Source: Candidatus Omnitrophota bacterium
GTDB lineage: Bacteria; Omnitrophota; Gorgyraeia; Duberdicusellales; 4484-171
DNA length: 64,000 nucleotides
Direction of reading: 5' to 3'
NCBI GenBank assembly: GCA_028692655.1
Contig: JAQUWY010000005.1
Location: forward strand, 3,789-67,788
Shown piece after piece: positions 27,001-42,000 of this stretch; the stretch's first letter is position 1, and every line of letters begins with the position of its first letter. The position numbers and the translations under genes are program-made. Below the pieces are notes generated by a model. It was not told where the DNA came from and ran no database searches. It worked only from the letters and a program-made list of their open reading frames with translations.

Positions 27001-30000
27001 TCTAATCCTTCTTCTCTCAAGCTCTGCCTTGTGCTGGTGTAAATACTTAATTCTGCATCCAGCCAATCTTTATCTTGCAAGGACATGTTAGCCTTTAGCG
27101 CCTTCACAACTTCTTCTATCCGCCAATCTAACCAAGCTTCTACACTAAAGACTTTAATGTCCTTTGCTTTTTTATCTTCGCCTCTGTACAATTTCAATCC
27201 TGCATCTGTATCTCCAATAAATTTAACATCCATAGCTCGTTGGAAATTGGCCAATTCTTTCTTAATATCTTCAAGGCTTTTATCTTTCCATTGATTAAGA
27301 AATTCTATGTCCTCGCCGGCTTTCTGAGTTTCATCATCTAAAGCGCTTCTAACCGCCGGTAGATAAATATCCCTTATAAAACTATCTTCTTCCTCGTGGG
27401 CTTTTCCTATAAGCTTTTCTATATTCTCTTGGGCTTCTGCTAAAGCTTCTTCTCTTTCTTTCAGCAGTTCAGCCACGCTATCAGAAACAGCCTGTTTATG
27501 TTCATCGTTGTCGCTGCGATTAGGGTTATAATCCGTCAGCTTCTTAACCTTTTGATTACGTAATTTGCCTGAAAGAGTGTCTTTTGATTTTTGCTTGACT
27601 TCCTCTAAGGAAAAATGCAGTAATCCTTTCGGTAAACTTAACCGCCCATCATCCTTAAACTCCCGCTTATAAGCACCTTCTAATTTTCTTACCCAATTAA
27701 TCTGTTCGCTTAGTCCACTCTCATTGACAGAAGGATTAATAAGCTCAAGAATCCGCATTACTTCATCTTTCTTTTCTCCACCCAGTAGAGCCTCTAATTC
27801 GTCTATGGTTTCTATATCCATTGACGGCATTTCCGAAACGCCTTTCCCGTAATTATCTTTAGCATAGGCCATCTTGATTTCATTTATGGCTTCGCCATTA
27901 GCACCGGCACTGCGATAACCGTTAAGACTTGAATTAACATACATCAGGCTTTCTAAAAAAGTTTCCGAGTCAGTTCCATTTAATATAACATCCGAATAGG
28001 CACGTAATTCTTTTTGCTTGCTGCTTACCTGTAAATCCTTATCTAAAGCATGTCTTGTCTCATGGCGCAATACTGACATTGTTAATAATTTTTCTACCTC
28101 TTTTTGTGTAACCCTACCTTCACCTCCATTGAGCTTGCGCCATTGTCCGGTATATTCGCTATTTTTTTCTTCATTCAAAAATGCGGCAATATTGCCAGCT
28201 GTTTCCTTTATCATCTCAATAAAGATGCTTATTTCATTATTGTGCGGATTATATTCGCCAAGCTTATCAGTATTGCCATTCTTCACTTCAACTTGGACTT
28301 TCCTTGAACCGTCAACATCAAGCATAGAAGTTTGTTCTGCCCCGCTTAAAACCCTCTCTGCTAACTCCTCTAACTTATCATCTACACCTGCTAACTCCTC
28401 CAATTCTCCGGTATCAGCCAAGCGAGCTAACCGAACGGCAGACCGCATACCTTCAATTAAATTTTCTACGCCTGTGGAACCTAAATTTGCGGTATCCATA
28501 TGCAATAAGCTGTTAACATCAGTGCCGGAGAGCTGGCTGAAAAGTCCTGCCTTAGCTTTAGCCGCCTGAAAATCGCTTCGTACACTGCCGGCACCATTTA
28601 TTCCTGCAAGGCGCGTGAGTTTTCTTTCGGATAAACTGTTAAAAGCTCCCAATAAAAGCAAGCCGCCTCCGCTGTTATAGCCCATAGAAACTATATTGCT
28701 AATAGAAAATGCACGTAGGCCTTTAAAAAATCCTCTTCCGAGCAAAGGTGTTGGATGTGCAGTAGCCCAATTTATACGTTTCTGTAATTTGTTTATACGC
28801 TCTTCTATTTGTTTCACATTGCTGAGGGCATCTTCATATTTATTATTTTCTAAAGAAGCCATTATTATCCTGTTTAATAAATATTTTAAGTAGTCTATAT
28901 TTTGCTTATCTTCGGTAACAGACATCCACCTTTTAATTCTTAAAACGTTCCAACCGCGTATTTTTTTATCTGCCGACAACCCATATCTTTCCTGCATTTT
29001 GGCGGCTGCAGCCAAGCCTCTGTTAATAGAAAACCTGTCGGCATTGCCTGAGCCGCTTAACCTTATTAATGATGTCCGTAGGGCTTCTCCTTGTGAATCG
29101 ATTTCGTTTTCATCCAAAGGCCCCCTGCGGTTTCTCCATATAGAGATACCTGCTACTAATGCCAATCCGCCAAATGCCAACAGCGTAGGAATGAGATAAT
29201 TTTCTCCTGAGTCTGGCTGGTTAGGCATATCTTTGAAAGCCTGGTTTAAAGCCAATGGCAACAATGAAAGAGCATAGCTAGCTGATGTTGTTGAAGGATA
29301 GAGCGAAGATTTATACACTTTTTGCTGCAGCCCTTTTACATATTTATCAAGCTGGCTGACACTCATATCGGAAACTTTTTTGATTGCCCTACGAGAAAGG
29401 ATAAGACGATTCTGGCGGTCATTGATAAATCTTGCAACAAGGTTATCGTCCTTATCTGATTCGGCCTGCCGTCCAAGAGCCCAGTTTAAGCCTTCAGCTA
29501 AAGCCTGCTTCACTTTTCCGTCACGAAACACCATGCCAGAGACGAATTCCGTTGGATAACTCATAAACACATCTCCGACCAAACCGTCGGCCTGCAACCT
29601 TTTTTGTGTTCCCTGGTCTAAAACAGCAAACCCTCCGGATATAGCTTCAAGGCTGCCAAAAGAAGAAACAGCGGGATTCATTAAAGCTGCGGCTAAATCA
29701 GCCGTATCACGACGCTGTTGTATAGTCATTGTTTTATTCTGGAAAGCTTCGTTTATGATATCTATTGCCTGCTGGGCATATTGGGGAGCGGATAGGCCTT
29801 TAGCTAATTTGCTATTTGATCCGGTTATAGCGGTTTGAATATCTGTTAATACCTGGTTTGCTGATGCATTAGGAAAGTATGCTTTTACAGTTTGAAATAA
29901 TTCAGGTGAACCGCGTGTACCATTAGAAAGCATAACGGTATCCATCTGCCTGTATATTTCGGCTTTATCTTCAAAAGACAATTTATCACTCCCGGAAGCT

Positions 30001-33000
30001 TTTCGCGCGGCTTCGACTGTTTCTAAAGCCTTATCCACGGTCTTTGAAACCCTGGCACTTCTTGTAATATCTCCTTGAACCTGGACAGTGCTTGAAAGCA
30101 CTGTTTTAGAAAAGCCATCAAATATCCTGGCAACATCAGCGATACTGTAAGCGTCTGAAATAGAATTTTTACCGGTTGTGCCATTTTCATACACCGTGCC
30201 GCTAACAACCTTAGCCGCTTCCGCTTTTAACCAGTTTGCCTGCGCCCGGCTGATAGCCGATACTTTACCGCCGGCTTCTTCTATGCGCCCTAATATGTGC
30301 TGTGAATACTCAGCGATATCCTTACTTACTTTCCTGATTCTGTCTTCCCCTTTTACATTATAAGGAGATGCTTCTAGATCAGCTATATACTTATGTTGTA
30401 TAACTTCATTGAATATATTTTCTATGTATTGCCGTTCAACAGGATTGGCGGCCCGGCCAAGCATTTCTTTCAATGGCTCAATGAGCTGGCGCGAGTAACC
30501 TGCCTCTCGGGCCTGATGCAAAAGAGCCTGAGAAGTCTTAATAACTTCTAATCTCTGAGAATTTCTTAACAACTCTTTTGTCTTTTCCCTGGAGCCTCCC
30601 TGTTTACCTGCGGTAGCTTGATGTATTCTCAGTAAATATTGTCCGGAGCTGGTAATATCCTTTATTTCTTTCAAAGTCCCTCTATCAGTATTATTGATAT
30701 TCAACAAGTTATCTCGATCATAAAAAACTACTCTCTGGCCTGACTTAACTTTATCGCGGTCGTTTCTGTTGATTGCCTGAAGAAGCTGTGACTCTGGGAA
30801 TTTTTCACCGTCGGCAATAATTAAATCACGGCCAACCCTGACACCATCTTTAACTTTATCTTCAAAACTATATCCTGTGGCAACTCGAATATTAGCTAAA
30901 ACAAACTTACCGGCATTTTCTGCCAAAGAAAGGCTAACTATATCATCAGGTTTTTTACTGCCATATACTACCTCAATTTCCTTATCTTTAAATCTTTCTC
31001 TTATCGCCAGTTCCAACTTAGTCATAAGCTTTGGGTCTTCCACTATAAGCAGCAGCCCATTTTCCTTATTGGGCCTTGCTTCTAGTCTTTTCATAATCTC
31101 ACCAACTCTGTCTTTTGAGCCAACCCTGACCACCTGTGCATCAAACTTTGTCTCGCTAATACGCTCAACCGAGCGCCCTAAATTCATTCTTAATAACATC
31201 TCTATGCCTTCGGGCGTACCGGTAAAGCCTAAAGTCGAAGCCGTAGGCTTAAACTTCAGCATTTCCGATAAAGTAGCTTGGTTCAACGTCCGGGTGGTAG
31301 ATAAATCCTTGATTTTTAAGCCCTCTTTTTCTCCTAAATAAGCTAAATAAGCCGGGTCGCTTAATACACGGTCTGCCTGCTCAACTCCGCCTTCCCAAGG
31401 AATAATATCCGTTTTGCCTTTTCGCTGCCCAACACCATAATCTACGCCAAAGCGGCTGCGCTCAGCACGTATATAAGCGTGAGCTAAATACTCATTTACC
31501 CCTTCTGCCTTCATTGCTTTTTTTGCCGCTTTGTTAACCACAAATTCACCGCTTTGTTTATCATAATAAAGGCCTGGCTTACTTTGAGACTTAAGAATCT
31601 CCTTCTTATCGGTGTTATTTTCATTTTTGAATAAAACATCCCGCACAAACTTACCGGCTCTATCCAGCTCAGCTTGTATAGCTTGTGTTCCCGCGCCTTT
31701 TTTATCTAAAATCCCCGCCAACTGTTCAATAACAGATACCTCGCCGCCGCCGACGATGTAACTGCTCCTATCGGAAAGCGGAACGTGAATTTCATCTACG
31801 CGTATGCTATCTTGGTTGTAAACGCGCTGTATGAAATCCCGATCAGCGCTGTTACGCAGATGGCCCAGAGTCGGGTGGTCAAAAACAACAATCAACGAAT
31901 TGTTTCTCAAGGCGTGTTTTACTTTTTGAGAGTTACTGCTCCAGTTACGACCATCAACAAGCTTTAATCCGAATTTTTCTAGTAATTGGTTTATTACAGG
32001 GTCCTTCATCATCTTATCGACCTCACCCGCACGCACAACCCAAAGCTGATTAGCTTCGGGAAACATCGCCTTTCTCATAATCATTTCAACTGCTCCGCCT
32101 ACAGTCTTACCGCCGCCGGCTTCTAACCCAACATTTTTATCTCCCAACAAGGAAAGAGCCATGCGGACTTGTTCTAAACCTTTCTTTCCGAATTCTTGCA
32201 ATTTAGCTGCTCCTAACTCTTTACCTATAATAGCATAAGCTTCATCCATAATCAGGCGTAAAGCTTTTCCTACCTGTTCTCCGGTAACAGGTTTGCCGTT
32301 TTCGAATATATTTTCGATACCTTTTTCTCTACCACCGTTTTTAAATCCCTTAACAACTTCACCTAAAAATGCACTATGGTCGGTGCCTTTCTTAAGTTCT
32401 AACTCTAGAGTGCCGTTTCTAACATTTAACAACAAGTTTTTCGCATCTTTACTTTCTAACGTAAAAACTTCTTTTAAAACACTACGGCGTTGAAAATAGT
32501 CACCTACCCCTTTATCTTCCTTGAATAGTTTTACTGGATTGCCTTGACTATCCTTAAGTTCAATTACGCCTTCTTTATCATACTGGTTTTTATACTCTTC
32601 CCACTTTTTCCATCCGTCTTTATTGAATTTGCCGTCTTTACCAAATATTTCGCCATCAAGATTACGCAGGCCTATTTGTATGCGTATATCGCTGGTACGC
32701 ACCCCGATCCTGCGGCCGTCTTTTAATCTAACTTCAATGAGCCCTTTATCTCTAACTGTATAGTGCCTTAAAAGCTCACCCTGGTCAGCCGCTTTATTCA
32801 AAATATAGTTCATAGCTGTTTCTCTACTGGGTATACCAAGCAAAGGGTTGTCACTTATATATTCAATTGCCCCAATCTTTTCAGTCCTAGCTAATTCCCT
32901 GTCAATAATTCTTTGCCGAGGTGATATTGCTCTGGCTTTCGCTTTATTTTCACTCTTTTCTATATCGAATTTGTATCTTTTATTGACAAAATCTTCGGCA

Positions 33001-36000
33001 GTAGAGGCTACTTTATCTTTTAGCAGGCCATACTCTCTATCGCTCACCCCTTTTAATACACCTTCATTAAAAGCTTTGACGGCCTTAAGCCTGTTTATGT
33101 TAGCCTGCCGAGTCTTTACATCCGCGGGGGATAATTCTTCCTGGTTTTTGCGGGCATCCTTGAGTCCTTTTTCTAAAGTTGCTATACCGGCTTCCTCGTT
33201 TCTGACTGAATCTACGTAACTGCTTGCGGACCTGCTTAATTGTTCTCTGCCGAACCCGGAGATAGCATCCAGCCTTTCGCCGTTAGGCAAGCGTAACTTA
33301 TTGTATGGATCTAATTCTCTAATTATTTCCCTTCGTGAATCTGAACCTCTTTTACCACGATCGCCTCCAATGCTTTTATTTGCCAAAGCTGTTCCTAAAA
33401 ACTTCCTATCTCCCGACAACAGATTATCCGCAATATTATAATCCTGTTTAACAGGGTTTTGCCTGCCAAATTTTTCAGCAACTCTCTGCGCTAATTTATC
33501 GCGGTCAAAAGCACCGCCTCTTGCGCTTGCGCCAAAAACCTGTGAAGTCAACCTGCCTACTTGCTCGCCTGTCAATTCTACGCTCGTCCGGATTCTATCT
33601 CCTCCAGGCAGTGTGATTTCCGCGTCTTCTAACCTGAATGTTGCCTTTCTTTCCGATTCTGAAACTTTACTTAATCCTTCAAATAGCTCTCTTAATGATT
33701 CACTCGAGAAACTGCTCTTTTCTATAAAAATCTTGGCTATGTCGCGGTCTCCGATACTATTTTTTAAACCAGTTATTCTTTCTGTAATATTTGGCAAGTT
33801 ACCAGCATCTACTCTGCCTAAACCGCGCTTACTTCTTATTGAATTATAATTATCTAAAGCGGTTTTCGCCAAAGATGCCGCTTTCTCCTGGCCAAAAGCG
33901 CTTTTTACCATATTCTCAGCCACTTCCCAATGGGCTTCTCTAAGCTTAATGTCATCATTTCGGCCGTCCGCAAGCCATAAATTGTGCGCTTGATGTTCTG
34001 TTAAAGCCCTTTGCCAGCCGTCTCTATCACCTATGAGTGCCTTATCTCTGGCATTTGATAAATGTTCCATACCTTTATATACATCTTTAGCAAAAGCCCA
34101 GTCACCATCAGGAGTTTCCCAATCGGCTCTTTTTCCGCTTTTTACTCTTGCATCATAATGAGCCTTGGCTAATGCTTTAACTGCTGAGTCTCCACTCAGC
34201 TCTCCTGACAAAATCCGCCTGCTGATATCCTTGGCTGCATCCGAAGACATGCCTTTTATTCTCTGTTCTAAATAATTTCCGCCTTTATCTTCGTGCGCGC
34301 GCTGAATTTTTGCTGTGGCGCTATCTATTGACTTAACAAGCTCTCCGACTCCTCCAGCACTTCTAATTCGCTCAAAAGTCCTTCTTATCTCCGGCATAGC
34401 TTCAGCCGGTTTATCAACTCCCTTGCGGGCGGCTTCTACTACAGTTTTGGCATTATCATACTGCACTCTTGGGTAAATCATTAACAACGCCCAGCCTAAA
34501 GCAGACCTTTCCTCACCACTAAAAGCAGCATCTTTATACAATGATAAATCGGCCTTAGGATTATGCCCTGATGCTGTGTCCCAATACAAGCCCGCCCGTT
34601 CAATTACTTTCAAACCTCTTTCTATTCCAGTAACTGTACCGGCAACAAAAGTTAAATCTATTGATTCTGTTGCCAGCATCGCCGGGAAATTTCCCTTTTG
34701 GGCCGCAGCTTTAAGGCTGCTGATAAAAGATTCTTTAGCATCAACTTTTCTCATTATTTTTGAAAAAGATTTCTCAAGGATAGCATCGTTGGGCTGGCGC
34801 ATAAAAACTTTTATCAATGGGCTGGTAAATTTACCGTGTTTTGCCGAAGCCAGCCACTGCCGGCGGTTATCCTGACTGAAAAAATTCGCGTAAGAAAACG
34901 GCTGGTATCCATGCTCATCATCGCCCTGCCTGAACGATGAAGACACATTATGAACCTTCCCCGTGCTGTCTTGAACTTTTAAATTGTCCCAACCAACTAT
35001 ACGCTGGTTTGTTAAACTCTTATTTCCGGTCACCAAGCCCCAACCGTAATCTGCGCTTTTCTCTATTGCCCCAAAACCGGTATCCCAAACCGGAGTTGCC
35101 GCCTGCATAACCATAGAAACAAGCGGCCACTTTAGCGCGCCCTCGACCGCATCAATTTGTAATTGCGCCATACCACTGCCTTTAAAAGGCAAATTTATCG
35201 TTTTCAGCCAGCCTGTTTGCAATTCTTTAACTTCTGCGCTGCCATAGCCTTCAAGGTGCCTGGCTACTCCCTTTATATATCTTACTCCATTAGGCGAAAC
35301 CGCGAACCTGGCCAGTTCTCCAAACATGGCTCCCTTAAGCCCGCTGACAAAGATTTCTCCGGGCGTAACCTTGCCGTCTTTTTGAAAATTCAAAAGAGCA
35401 AAGTCTTTGGCTACATTGAGTCCGGCACCGCCGCCAGCGATAATCGCATGACGCCCTAAATATTTACCAGCTCTTGGGAATGTTGTCTTCCAAGTATTAC
35501 CTGCAAATAGACCCTTACCTTTCACTAAAGTATTCCTTACTGCCGGCGAGGCTAAAAATCTGGCGTATCCGGCCCACATAGCGGTTTCAACCAAGTCTTG
35601 GGACGTAAAGTCAGAACCGGTTAACCTCTCTATTCCATATCGTGTCCCAACAGCTGTTCCCGCCCAAACAATAGTAGATACTCCTTTTGAAGCCCATTCC
35701 ATCGTTTTGTTAAAAAATCTATTATTTAAACTGCTTTTATAGGCAGGATTAAAAGCAAAATTAAGCGCCTTCATTGTGTAGCCTTGGCTAAATCTTTGTA
35801 AACTTCTCAGGCTGTTTAACTGAGTCTTAAGCCTTGCTATACGCCCGGCAGATTTCATTGTTTTAGCTTTATTTAAAAGGCTTGTAGTTCGAGCAATCTG
35901 TGCTTCTAAATTAGCAAATTTTGAAAAAGCGTTTGCTGCTAGTCCTGCGCCGGTAAAAACACCACCAAAACCCGCGCCGAGCGTTGCTCCGGCCTTTGGA

Positions 36001-39000
36001 TTATAACTACCTATAAAATCAAATTTTCCGGTATCCTGATTATCAAAATTCCATCCAACAAAACTCTTTATAGTAAACCAAGACAACTCACTCCATAACC
36101 TATTTTGTAAATACGGTTGATAAAGAGCATGATTAACGGCTGTATCAATGGCACCAAAAGTCATCGCAGTCCTACCGGCTCCAAGCGCTATCTTGCCGAC
36201 TGTTGGCAGAACTCCTGATGCAGTAGGAGTTATCCTTGCCATTGCTCCGCCAGCTGCTGCTGCCGCGGTTATTGTCGCAAAAACTAAAGCGTTTTGTTTA
36301 TAGCTTAAAACATCTCCGTTAACTGCCAAGGAGCCCAGATTAACCACACCAGTCCCTGCAACTCCAACTTGCAACGACCTCTGCAAGCCGGCCCCAACCG
36401 CTGGTATCTTACCGGCACCATATATTAAAGCAGGTAAGATAACTGCGATAGTAGTATTTGTAAACATATTCTGAGTTAAATCATTACCTTTATAATAATT
36501 ATAACCGGCAGTGCCCGTCGGAGCAGTTAATAATGCGGCAACTGTATATCCCGCCCAAGTTTTAGCTGCTACTGAAGCATTGGGTAAAATTTTTGCACCG
36601 ATAGCAGTAAAAGGCCTGCCAACATTTGTTAATATTCGGCCAGCGCTTCCTGCTCTGCTAAGAGTGTTTGCGATAGCCCCCTCGGTTCCAACAAACGGTC
36701 CTAACACAATAGCTGCTGTTGTTGCCGCATCAAAACCTGCCCGGCCATCAAACCAACAACCGCTTTGCCAATTCTTATTAGGATCCGTGCCTAAACCATA
36801 CTGCCAACCAGCACTTCTCCAATCCTCCCCCCACGCTAATATATCCATAGCAGCGTTGTCGTACCCGAGCAACTTTGCTCCTCCGTATCCACCCCAGCTG
36901 ACTATTTCGGCAACAGGAGAGGTAAGTATTCGGGTACCCCGGATAAAACTATATTCTATATTAGCTAATGTTTCACCTACATTGTAAGATATGGTGCCAG
37001 TTATAGCCTCTTCCGCAGCTTGACGCTGGCTCGCCAGCCTTTGAAACAAATCAACTGTCTGCTGCATCACCGCAGAATCTTTACCTAATATGCTCGCTGC
37101 GAATTCAGCGTTTTCAGCCCATTTTTGGTTAAAGATAGCGAGTGTTTCTCTATTAACTTCGTAATCAGGCCGATATTGCCAAAACACTGAATATGCCGCG
37201 GATTCTACTTCCGCGTTTGCTCTGTATGCAGCCATATCCGCGCTTTTACGGTATGCTTCTCCGTACGCTTCATACAAAGACGCACCTTTTTTGTTTTCAC
37301 TTTGAAGAATACTTAATAAATTAGTTGCTATTTGTAATTCCGCGTCCGCTTCCACTTCATTGCTTTTTGCCTGAAGGTAGCTTTTCTCAACTGTTTCCAT
37401 CGCTTCACGTCCAACGAATAAATGATATATGGTGCCGCTAGCCCAAGCACCCCAAGAATCAAAAACTTCATCGTAATTTTTTTGGGCAGCTTTCATGCTT
37501 TTATTTGCGGACCTCCAATGAGTATAAGCTCGTCCATTCCACTGCTTAGCAACATCAAGCTGTAATTTCGCTAGCAGCTCTTTTGCTTCTGAATTTTTTC
37601 CTGCAAGAAGGCTGTCTTCTATTGCTTTAGCTCTAAGCCGGAAACTATCCCTGTCTTGACCTTCCAGCTGATTGTGCTTGTTGTCAATAATACTTTGTAA
37701 AACCCGCAAAGATTTAGCCATTTGAGCTCTGTTTTCAAAGTGTTTTTTCAAAGCAACTTGCATATCATCTTTAGTGGCATTTTTCCCAATATTTAGTTTG
37801 TTTCTTAATTGCTCAAAAAATTGCTGAGGGGTTGTTTTATCTATATCTATACCCATAGCCCTTGCTAATTCAGCGTTATCATGACGAAAACCTATAAGAT
37901 TTTTCTCATATTCCGCTCTTAAAACACCGAGTTTCTTTGTCCCTAGCAAAAGTTCTTTCCCTGTAGCTAAGTTCCAGCCTCGACCTTGACTATCTAAAGC
38001 AATATTGCCGTCAACGGCTACAAATTGCAATTCACTGTTTTTAAATAATATTCGTTGGCTCTTTACTTTGCCTTCGGCGTCTATAGCAACTATTCTTTTA
38101 AAGTCACCTCTTCGTAATATCGAAAGTTTCTCTCCTCCGCCCAGGTCTTTCAGCTCTACGGAAAGCCGTTTACCGCCGGCAAATTCATTAAGAATATACC
38201 TGCCTTCTGCCTGCTGCCATTCACCTTTGGAGTTCTGGTTCATTATTTGCGGGACATCCGAGCCGTTCGCCTGGAAAATTCCTAAAGCGTTATTTTCTCC
38301 TAAAGAAAGGTAGCTTGTGTTTTCCGCTTTTGGATTAATCACTAAAGACGTGCGGGTGAGTTTACCGTCGGGGCCAATAGTTGTAGAATAGGCAAGGCCC
38401 TTGGTTGACACATCAAAAGAACCGTCTTTATTTTTGGTGGGAACAGGTATGTTTGTCCATTGGGCTAAATTGCTTAAGGCTAAAGAGTTTATATCCAACT
38501 GATTGATTGACATATTCCCCTGTTTATCAATTTGCGGCTGGAAAATAAATCCTGTTATACCGCTGGCAGCGTTAATCCTCCATTTGTTATCCTCGCTTAT
38601 CACCGAACCTTCCAGCTTTCCTTCTAAATTAAGACGGGGATGGATGTTGCTTTCGGTTATCCGCGGCGAAGACGCTGAAGCATCTTTACCAGCTGATTTG
38701 CTTACCAATTCCGGAATCAACGAGTCTCCTTTAGCAACTAAAGTAGCTACCTGGCTGAATAGTTGCCCATCTTTTCTGTATTCTGTTATGCCTACATCTA
38801 TGATTTCTCCTCTCTTGATAACTTCGCCCAACTTCTGACTGTAGCTTCCCTGGGCATAAGATAAATCCCAATCTGTCGTAATATTTTTCTGGGGGGTGTT
38901 TGCCTGAAGAAAACTGTCGGTTTTACTTGAGATGTTATCGGCGGTAACATTATCCGTTTTAAACATAGTTACGACATCAAGGCGTTTAAGTTTTCCTTCT

Positions 39001-42000
39001 GTTAAAACTCCACTTTTATCAAGCTCTGAAAAAAGAATAGGTTTTTTCTGGGCATAATCTTTAATAAACGCCGCGTCGCCATAGAACCTTCCGCCTTCGC
39101 CAATTCTCAAGAAACCCTTCTGGTTTGCTTGCACTATATGCCCCAGCCAGGTATCAGGAGAATAATGGACGCCGTAATTTTTATCAGCATATTTAGCGCC
39201 TGATTCTTCGACAACATTAAACCGCGGAGTCTGCTTCCACACCGCACCATCAGAATAAGTGGGAGAAAAGTCGGCTTTGAAAATAGGCTGCCCTGTTCGG
39301 CTGTCTCTTCCTATAGGAGAAAACAACATTCCGGCGCTCCCTTCATGAATATTGATAGATGAGCCGTACTTAACCGGGGAAATCCAATCTAACACAATAT
39401 CTTTTCCTAAACCGGCAGCACCCGAATGCGTATTCTGCTGCATTTTATCAATATCTGAGGAAAGAAGGTGAGAGTGAGAAAACATTATAGTATTCGAATC
39501 AGTAATATATTTGAGGCTTCCTAACGCCGGTCCGGTTAGCAATTTACCTTTAGAGAAATCAATATCAACCTGCAGTGTATTGCGGGCAATTTCTTTAACC
39601 CGTGTTCTGCCCGGGTCTATATTATCTAAATTAATTCCTAAAGTTTTACCGAGCCAAGCGGATAAATCAGCCCGGCTGGTTCCCTCTAAAGTCTGGCGTA
39701 TGTTGCCGGCGCGATGAGCGTATGAGGTAATGTTTTTACCTTGAAAGACATTCTCAGAAAGCATAGTAGTATTATTAAATTTAGTAGTCAGCTTTACACC
39801 CGCGGCCTTATCATCAAAAACAAGCCTTTCTGTACGGGCCTGGAATCCATTGATAAGCCTGCCGGGCAGGATTTTTCCTTCAAGTGAAAGGCTATTCTGG
39901 CCTAATCCGGCACCGACGAGTTCGCCGTTTTCAACCTGAACCCTGTTGAGATTAATTCCTACCCCATTCTTTAAAAGTACTGTATTGGGGTTAAGCGTAG
40001 AGTCTAATAGAGATTTCATGCCTCCGTCAGCAAAAACATTTTTCTTAATAACCGGGCCCTTACCCTCAAGAGTTAGCTGATTAATCCTACCGGTATTATT
40101 TTTTATGTTTAAATGTTCTGTGGGCAAAGTTGACATAAGCCCGCTGGTAATTGTGCGGGATATTTTTTTGCCGCTTACATCCATAGTAGAAATGCGCCAT
40201 AGACCACCATAAGCAGAATCACTTACAAGGCGATATTGTGAATTGCCTTTAGGATGTACAGTAAAAGCACTTTTAAAATCTTCCCCAAAAATACGGGAGC
40301 CTCTGTCTGCATTAGAAGGTTTGCCAAACCCTCCCGTATTAGAAGGTTCAGCCAGAAAATGCGTCTTGTCAACAATCGTTTCTTTAACTATTTTTGGCTT
40401 ATTAGTAGAGAAATGAGAAGAATTCTCCCAGTTAATATCCGGAGTATTAAAACCATCGGCGCGCATTTTAGCGGCATTATTATTATATTGACGCGCTACT
40501 GCTGAAGGACTCCATATGTTCCAAGCATTTTCAGTACCGTGCTTAGTCCAGTCGTAAGTTGCTACTGTTTTACGGCCGGCGGCCAAACCTACGAATAATC
40601 CACTGCCGCTTTTTACCAGTGAACCGGACTTATTCTTTTTTGCGTCGTCATTGAATGGTAAATGAGCTAAAGAGTCACCAACTCTTAAACCTAAGAACGG
40701 CTGTAAAGGTGTTGTGTGGGCCTTGCCGCTCATATTCCTGAACTCTGTCCCAAGGCCTGAGGTATTAAGTTTGATTTTGCCGAATTCATTGCCGGAAGAG
40801 GTTCCGGAAAGTTTAGTTAAGTTATAATTTACATCTTGTAAAAATGTAAGCTGGGCATTTCTGCCTTTTATTTTTATCCCATTGCCGGCGTCAAGCTCCC
40901 AACCGCCTGATATTTTTACCTGGTTCGTTTTTTGGTTCAAAGGGCAATTAGGGCCGCTGCATCCGGAATCTTTCTGCCCCAGTTTATCTAACCCTGTAAG
41001 CTGGCTAAAGCTGTCAGAAATGGTTCCAAAAGCAGTATTGCCCATAAACGGATTTGAAGGATCAAATTTCTTTAAATAATCGTAAGCAACGTAAACTCTG
41101 CCTTTACTAACCGCGGCCCAATTGGTTTTTAATTCAACAAAGGGGTTAGCCGCGGGCGTTTTATTTATCGCCATAAAAACATCCCCTGTCATTTGGCTCT
41201 TGCCAATTGAGAATTCCTGATTCGCGGCCAAGCGGCCTATTGAACCATAACCCATTATCCCCTGTTGCTGCTTGGATAAACTGTGCATATGAGGAATGAC
41301 CAGCTTATCTTTGTATTTGCTGAATGGCTGGACTCCGGCGCCGCTGCGGGCCATAAGAGTATTCTGAAAGTTAGCCCCGAAAATTTTAGGGTCAAAAATA
41401 GTATTGCCGGCTAAAACTTCTAACCCGGTTCCTAAACCGGCAGGTTTAACTGCTAACGGTGTATCCCAGCCTTTGCCAGAAACCATTCCTTGAGTTAATC
41501 GCCCGTTAGCTCCAAATTGAGACACGGTCATATTGACCCTGCCCATATCCCGCACAATGGGGTTCCATATAAATTGATTGTTTTTAGAAAAAGTAAACTG
41601 GCTAAAACTGCCTAATTGATGGTCAACTGATTTCCAATACTGGTTTATTCCGGGCGCTCCGCCTGAATAACTATTTGCGAAAGGGCTACCGCCGGGTAAA
41701 TAAAGCCTGTTGGCTAAAGCGTCAACTACTTGATAGGGCGCGCCGGATGAAAATTTAACTCCATTGGCGGTAAATTCAGGTTTATTAAGGCTTAAGCCAA
41801 GCACATGCGCATTCCCATTGTCTGATTCAATAACCGCGGTTACCTGCGTGCCTTGGTTTAAAGAAAAGTCTCCTCGTAATCCGGATTCCTGAAGCACTTT
41901 TCTGCCCATGGCGGATTCCAAACTGCGGCCGGCATATTCGGTAGCTGTATCAAAATACGCTTGGATTGCTGAACGTGTCTTTTTATCCATACCCGAAGCA

